64,000 nt of DNA from Limisphaerales bacterium (GTDB lineage Bacteria > Verrucomicrobiota > Verrucomicrobiia > Limisphaerales > AAA164-E04). Made by a program: the position numbers and the translations under genes. Each line of letters begins with the position of its first letter. Position 1 is the first letter of the stretch. Positions 58,849-64,000 of the stretch are shown here, piece after piece. Below the pieces are notes generated by a model that saw only the letters and a program-made list of their open reading frames with translations, ran no database searches and had not been told where the DNA came from. The stretch lies in the NCBI GenBank assembly GCA_965203425.1, contig OZ241891.1, forward strand, positions 1,583,127 to 1,647,126. Direction: 5' to 3'.

Positions 58849-60864
58849 TTAAAAGGGAGCGTTGCGGGAAAATTCGCCGTGGCAAAGTTCCCAAGACTCG
58901 TAGCATTCTTCGGGCAATTCCCTCAAAAATTGAGACGGTTCCAGTCGGCCGTCTTGTTGTCCCGGCGCAAAACGCATTTTGGGAAAACTCAAATACAGCT
59001 CATTTTTGGCGCGAGTGGTAGCCACGTAGAACAAGCGACGTTCCTCTTCTTCCCCGGTTTCCTCATCCCTGAGAGAACGCGAAGAAGGGAACAAACCTTG
59101 GCAGAGCATGATTATGAAGACGACGCTAAATTCAAGTCCCTTCGCTTGATGAATCGTCGTCAAGCGAAGGCGGTCGTCTTTGTTGGTTTTGGCGGCGCGA
59201 TCTTCGGTTTCGAGGTTGGTTTCTAGCGCTAACTGCGACAGGAAGTCTTCTAGGTTCTCAAACGCTTGGGCGTATTGCGCTAGCTGTTGCAAGTCTTCCA
59301 AACGGGATCGGTAATTTTCGAACTGATTTTGCAAATATTCTTCGTAGCCAGCGTCTAGAATTAACTCAATCATTTTGCCGGGATCGCGGCGCATGGACTC
59401 ATCCTCCAGTTGCGCCATTGTGGCCGTCCACTGCGCCCAATCCGCCTTCGCTTTTTTGGGAACGGCTTGAGCGCAATTCGCCAGACGCTCCGCAACGCTC
59501 AATTTCGGCGACTGCCTCAAAAAGAGGCTCCATACTTTGCTCGCTATTTTGCCGCCGATTCCGGGCAACATTTTTGCCAAGCGATGAAAGGCGATTTCAT
59601 CGTGCGGGTTGGCAACCAACCTCAAATAAGCCGCCGCGTCCTTGACGTGCGCCTGCTCAAAGAAACGAATGCCACTCGTGATCACAAAGGGAATTTCCTG
59701 CTTGATCAATTCCAACTGCAACTCCATCGCGTGCCGGTGAGAGCGATAAAGAACCGCCATATCGCTTAACTTTTCGCCTGCTTCCCGCAATTCCAAAACT
59801 CGATTCGCCACAAAACCCGCTTGTTCGTCGGCGTCTTCGCAAGTCGCAAGCACAGGTTTCTGTCCCGAATCTCGCACGGCTTGGAGTTTCTTCTGGAATT
59901 GGTTGCCGTTGGCGGCGATGGCTTCGTTGGCTAAACGCAAAATCTCCGGCGCGCTCCGATAGTTCGTCTCGATTTTGAACATTTTTGCGTTCGGATAACG
60001 TTTTGAAAATTCGAGAATGTTTCTAAAATCCGCTCCCCGCCACGAATAAATACTCTGATCCTCGTCGCCTACCGCCATCACGTTCCCATGCTCTTCGGCC
60101 AACCGATCAATCAAGCGCCCTTGCAGTTTGTTGGTGTCTTGATACTCGTCCACAAGAAGATAACGAAATTGCCGTTGATACTGCCGCCGCACGTCTTCGT
60201 CCTTGTCAAACAACTCCAGCCAAAGCGCGAGCAAATCATCAAAGTCTACCAGTTCGCCCTTAACTTTTCGGGCGCGATAGCGTTCGCGAATGGATTCCAA
60301 CTGCGCGGTCAGATGCTCAAAATAACTGAATTGATCTTGAATCATCGACGCAAGCGGAATCATCCGATTCACTGCCTGCGAAAAAATGTTCCCCACCACC
60401 TCCGCCTTGGGAAACTGAGCGGACTTGACGCTCTTTTCCTCTTCAATACACGACTTTAAGAGACCCTTCGCATCTTCGCGATCCATGATGGTAAAGCCCC
60501 GCGAGTATCCAACTGCCGGCGCGTGGCGGCGCAAAATGCGGTTGCCAATCGAATGAAACGTCCCTCCCCAAAGAGACGGCAGTTCTCGCCCCAACAACGA
60601 AGCCACCCTCTCCATCATCTCTTGGGCGGCTTTGTTTGTGAAAGTCAGCAACAAAATTTGTCGAGCCGCAATCCCATGTTCAATAAGATAGGCCACCCGA
60701 TAAGTCAGCGTCCGCGTCTTTCCCGAACCAGCGCCCGCTATTACTAATGCCGGACCGGGCGGACAAGTCACTGCCTCCCACTGCTGGGGGTTTAATTCTT
60801 TCTCGTAATCAATCCGAAAATCCACTTCCAATCGACGGCCGGATTCAAGCATACACGCCTTCAA
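58849..60864 (-). CDS. UvrD/PcrA/Rep-family ATP-dependent DNA helicase
   Basis: 671 aa. LVIAGAGSGKTRTLTYRVAYLI (motif I), LLVDEYQDTN (motif II), TIHQAKGLEF, LFYVATTRAK. Confidence 0.9.
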   Translation of the reverse strand: MKACMLESGRRLEVDFRIDYEKELNPQQWEAVTCPPGPALVIAGAGSGKTRTLTYRVAYLIEHGIAARQILLLTFTNKAAQEMMERVASLLGRELPSLWGGTFHSIGNRILRRHAPAVGYSRGFTIMDREDAKGLLKSCIEEEKSVKSAQFPKAEVVGNIFSQAVNRMIPLASMIQDQFSYFEHLTAQLESIRERYRARKVKGELVDFDDLLALWLELFDKDEDVRRQYQRQFRYLLVDEYQDTNKLQGRLIDRLAEEHGNVMAVGDEDQSIYSWRGADFRNILEFSKRYPNAKMFKIETNYRSAPEILRLANEAIAANGNQFQKKLQAVRDSGQKPVLATCEDADEQAGFVANRVLELREAGEKLSDMAVLYRSHRHAMELQLELIKQEIPFVITSGIRFFEQAHVKDAAAYLRLVANPHDEIAFHRLAKMLPGIGGKIASKVWSLFLRQSPKLSVAERLANCAQAVPKKAKADWAQWTATMAQLEDESMRRDPGKMIELILDAGYEEYLQNQFENYRSRLEDLQQLAQYAQAFENLEDFLSQLALETNLETEDRAAKTNKDDRLRLTTIHQAKGLEFSVVFIIMLCQGLFPSSRSLRDEETGEEEERRLFYVATTRAKNELYLSFPKMRFAPGQQDGRLEPSQFLRELPEECYESWELCHGEFSRNAPF

Positions 60865-60950
60865 TAGAAACGCCCGTCACCAAACCTAATTTGCCCCAAA
60901 AGGAAAGGAAAAGGCTTCAAACCAACATTTGCCAACAAAATCTCAGTCAT

Positions 60951-61022
<72 letters not shown>

Positions 61023-61035
61023 AACGGAAAAAAAG

Positions 61036-61064
61036 ATTCTCCAATTTGCAGAAACCATTGTCAA
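61036..61064 (-). promoter_or_regulatory. sigma70-like promoter for tRNA-Lys
   Basis: Minus strand TTGACA (61064..61059) - 17 nt - GAGAAT (61041..61036), 13 nt upstream of the tRNA 5' end. Confidence 0.4.
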
Positions 61065-61133
61065 CTTTTTATTGACGCCCTAAAGAAGTAAACAAAACGC
61101 CTTGCGCCAATCGGCTCCCTACAAGCCGGTTCT

Positions 61134-61988
61134 CTATCGGCTGAGTACGCGGTAGAATCGGAAGTTCGTCTCAGAAGAAGTTTCATCCACAAATGTGACG
61201 GGAACTTCCTCCAACACCAACTCTTGGAAAACTTCCCAACGAACGCCGTCGGATGAGATTTGCACAATTGCCGAACGCCCCGGCGTTCCCTCCACGTCAA
61301 AACGAAATTGACCGTCCACATAAGCGGGACGGGAAAGTTTTGGAGGTGTTGCCGGTTCCAGCGGAACAGGCGCTTCAACAGAATCAATCGCCCGGCGCAT
61401 ATCGGAAACCGAATCCCGAAAACGCTGGGCATAGTGGGTGCGGAGATAGATGATTTCCCACAATTGATGGGAAGGCGAATTGGAAACTCCACTCACTACC
61501 ACAAAATCCGAGCCGCCTGATCTGGCTCGAGATTGCGGAAAGAACTGGAGAAACGCAGCCAGATCCGAGCCGTCCCCCACCAATTCCAAGCCAGTAGCCT
61601 CGGCAAAACGAAGCGTTCGCATTCCCCCATTGGCAATGCCGCTGCTGTCTTTTTCCAACCCCACTATGACTACTGGCAAACCAGCCACATTTCCGCCAAG
61701 ATTTTGGTAATACTGATTGATATCTGACTCAACGACCGCTGAGTTTGCTCGGCAGATGCTTCACCAGTGAGAAAAAAAGTCCAACACAACAATCGAGCCT
61801 TCTAGATCGCTCAACCGAAACTTCTCGCCGGTTTTCACATTCGTCATCTCAAAATCGTCGGCTATCTCGCCAACTTGTTTCTCCTGCGCTTGCGCCTCAA
61901 AACCACTGAGCGCCAATCCAACGCCAATCGCTAAGATCACCGTCAACCGAGTCCATTTTCCTAAGTCACATTTCATTTTCGTTATCAT
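61134..61988 (-). CDS. TlpA/redoxin-like thioredoxin-fold protein, candidate selenoprotein (in-frame UGA 61763..61761 read as Sec; motif W-U-S-I-C)
   Basis: ORFs 61761..61988 and 61134..61688 share one frame and are separated only by TGA plus 24 sense codons. Joined sequence: signal peptide ...LALSGFEAQAQE, FEMTNVKTGEKFRLSDLEGSIVVLDFFSHW-U-SICRANSAVVESDINQYYQNL...VVIVGLEKD. This matches the layout of TlpA/ResA proteins (F.L.d..G....L.dl.Gk.vvl.FWa.WC..C). A ~100-aa C-terminal extra domain follows. Confidence 0.65.
61723..61756 (-). promoter_or_regulatory. SECIS-like stem-loop downstream of the in-frame UGA
   Basis: Minus-strand RNA: UGA-AGCA-UCUG-CCGAGCAA-ACUCAGC-GGUC-GUUGAGU-CAGA. The upper stem is 7 bp (one G-U), the apical loop is GGUC, and the lower stem is UCUG/CAGA. 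The loop starts 23 nt after the UGA. Confidence 0.5.
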
Positions 61989-62000
61989 GTTTTTCTACAA

Positions 62001-63278
62001 TCAAAACTGTATAGAAAAGGCAAACTGAACCGCCGCCCAATCCCGGCTTTTATACAAGTCTTCAAAAAAGGGCGCATCGTCGTCCACCGCTTCATATCGA
62101 GTAAAGTAAGGCCCGGCGATGACTTTTACACTAGCCCTCTTTCCAACCCAACGCGTTCCCAATCCAACTTGATAGCTGTCCAGTCCGGGCGGCGCATTAG
62201 ACGCCGGCAAAGAATTTTGAAACTCTCCCTCATCGTGATAATAACGGCCAAAAACACTCACTAGCCATGCGTCCGTCCAATTGCATTCCAGCGTTGCGCC
62301 GACAAAAAATGCCTTAAACTCTTCCGAAATCTCCGCTTCAGACGCCGGATCCTCTGCCACCCAACCGCCTTGAGCACGCAACACCAACGACTCACCAAGC
62401 GCCGCATTGAGAGAGCTTTGAACGCCCCAGCGCTTCTCTCGCGCCATTGTGTCCGTCATCTGAATCTCCAGCAAGGATCGCAAGCGCGGACTCAAAACAT
62501 TTTCACTGGCCAACCGATACGCAAAGGAGTCTATCACCTTCCGGCCCAACTCCAGACCTTCCGGCCCCAACTCAGCGCTAGGCGCAATCCAGTCTTGGTA
62601 ATAACTGAAGTTCGCCTCTAAATACCCTGAAGCCGGCAAATACTCCCATCGCAATTGCGTTCCCAACTGGTATCCATGCGGCGAAATATTGGGATAACCG
62701 TCGATAGAATATACCTCTCGATAATAATCGTGCAACCACAACATCCGGAAATTTTGGAAGCCATCATAGTAACTTGTTTGACCTTGCCAAACTACACGAT
62801 CGCTCAACGAATGTGTGAGGTTTAACTGCGCCATTTTTCGTTCCGCATCTGAGGGAATCTTATTTGCACCCTTTCCTAAGCGTTGCTCGATTTCCCATTG
62901 AAAAAGCGGATCTCTTGGAGAACGCACGTCAATTCTATATTTGTCATAAGTTAGCCCAAAGTCCCATTGGGTATCCTCGTAGTCGTGGCCATATTGAAGC
63001 GTGTATTGAGTCACTTGAAAATCGCTAGTGAACAAGCCTTCCGCGCTAATGTTTAAGTTTTGTTCAAAATCCCATTCCCGCGCTAAATCCACTTCTTCCA
63101 ACGCATTCTCTTCCGACGAAGCAGTGGTCAGCGTTCTGCTTTCTTGAAGGGCGTTGGCGCCGTTGTCTTCGCCTCGAATCGATTGTTCGATATCTAGCGG
63201 AGACGCCGCCAATCCTTCCGCCAAAAACAAAACCGCCAAGCCCGTCAAACCGCGCTGAAATCCTTGTTTCATCCGCAT
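62001..63278 (-). CDS. DUF3570-like predicted outer-membrane beta-barrel protein
   Basis: 425 aa with a signal peptide (LTGLAVLFLAEGLAAS), aromatic-rich alternating strands and a C-terminus ...AVQFAFSIQF. It is paired with a DUF4266-like lipoprotein and a TlpA-like gene, as I recall for this family. Confidence 0.6.
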   Translation of the reverse strand: MRMKQGFQRGLTGLAVLFLAEGLAASPLDIEQSIRGEDNGANALQESRTLTTASSEENALEEVDLAREWDFEQNLNISAEGLFTSDFQVTQYTLQYGHDYEDTQWDFGLTYDKYRIDVRSPRDPLFQWEIEQRLGKGANKIPSDAERKMAQLNLTHSLSDRVVWQGQTSYYDGFQNFRMLWLHDYYREVYSIDGYPNISPHGYQLGTQLRWEYLPASGYLEANFSYYQDWIAPSAELGPEGLELGRKVIDSFAYRLASENVLSPRLRSLLEIQMTDTMAREKRWGVQSSLNAALGESLVLRAQGGWVAEDPASEAEISEEFKAFFVGATLECNWTDAWLVSVFGRYYHDEGEFQNSLPASNAPPGLDSYQVGLGTRWVGKRASVKVIAGPYFTRYEAVDDDAPFFEDLYKSRDWAAVQFAFSIQF

Positions 63279-63291
63279 TGAAATCTACCGG

Positions 63292-63519
63292 TTATTGGCA
63301 GGCGGTGCATCCCGCCGCTTGGGCGCCTCCCGACAAAGCCGAGCCCGGCTCAATCTGAGTTAGCACCTGCCATTGATAGGCAAAGACCGGCGAGTCGGAA
63401 AACACCATGTTCGGTTTGGATACCAAACGTTGCTCCACCGCTGGCACGGATTTACAGCTGGCTCCTCCAAAAATAGCCAGAAACAAAACCAATCCAAAAA
63501 GTAGTTTGCCAAAACGCAT
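63292..63519 (-). CDS. DUF4266-like small lipoprotein
   Basis: 75 aa. MRFGKLLFGLVLFLAIFGGASC (lipobox), with a C-terminus ...GGAQAAGCTACQ resembling the Gly/Cys-rich tail (..GGGCGCN) of DUF4266. Confidence 0.6.
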   Translation of the reverse strand: MRFGKLLFGLVLFLAIFGGASCKSVPAVEQRLVSKPNMVFSDSPVFAYQWQVLTQIEPGSALSGGAQAAGCTACQ

Positions 63520-63750
63520 TTCCCAACTTCAACGCATCGCCAATCCTCTGTCAACCCTAGAGTGTCTCGCAAAGTGTGGAAAACGGGGGAATGGCGGTGG
63601 AAGGATTCGGCGATTTTGCGAGCGTATGGCGCGGTTTTTCTTGTTTGGAAAATTCAAAGGCGGACGCGAATGTTTGCTTTTGCCTTTTCTTTGCCGGCGT
63701 TTTGCATTTTCCAATCGTTTGCCGTTACAGGAACGGTTGGGCTGAAAAAC

Positions 63751-64000
63751 TTATTCCGATTCCAGCGGCGCCGGAGGAGGCTCCCAAGTTCCTGGATGCG
63801 GCCGATTGTCGTTGTTCCAACGTTTGCGCGCTTGCGGCGTCCGAGCACCTAATTTTTCCAGCGAGACAAACTCCACGTGTCCATCGACCATAACTATACT
63901 GATTCCCTTGCCATGCCGCGGGGTTTGCTTCCGAAAAGTGTCGGACGGACACAACTGCAAAGTGGTTATTCCGTTTTTTGATTCCGGCGTTTGGCGAAAC
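63751..64000 (-). CDS. C-terminal part of another H-X9-DG prepilin-type protein (5' end beyond the window)
   Basis: The frame is open to the window edge. ...RHGKGISIVMVDGHVEFVSLEKL contains H-X9-DG. Confidence 0.75.
   Translation of the reverse strand, partial: FRQTPESKNGITTLQLCPSDTFRKQTPRHGKGISIVMVDGHVEFVSLEKLGARTPQARKRWNNDNRPHPGTWEPPPAPLESE

Overview
This 64-kb chromosomal window reads like a PVC-superphylum genome (Verrucomicrobia/Planctomycetes-like). That placement is inferred from prepilin-type H-X9-DG proteins at both ends, a PSD1/DUF1549/DUF1553 + DUF1501 pair, PSCyt1 domains and PEP-CTERM proteins. About 45 protein genes can be supported. They include housekeeping genes (leuS, glgB, amtB, galE, feoA-feoA-feoB, a UvrD-like helicase, a YmdB-like phosphoesterase, tRNA-Lys-CUU). 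There is also a minus-strand type IV pilus/T2SS-like operon (secretin, PilM/N-like, PilO-like, PilP-like, GspE/PilB ATPase), a multihaem cytochrome + PSCyt1/beta-barrel pair, a BNR sialidase and a low-GC type II R-M pair. Several spacers are ORF-poor and compositionally odd. Four observations stand out. (1) A TlpA-like thioredoxin-fold gene has an in-frame TGA at the first Cys position of its CxxC motif, followed by a SECIS-like hairpin; it is a candidate selenoprotein inside a DUF4266/DUF3570-type cluster. (2) Two paralogous PEP-CTERM genes each carry a long poly-C tract (20 and 17 C) right after the ATG, and both are out of frame in this assembly (candidate slipped-strand phase variation); a third paralog is decayed. 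(3) A ~230-nt element occurs twice, each copy with its own sigma70-like promoter and wobble-compatible substitutions (candidate sRNA family), and each at the edge of a low-GC ORF-poor island. (4) One gene pair resembles a porin-cytochrome module. All product names rest on motif recognition by eye; no database search was possible. ORF-track coordinates include the stop codon.
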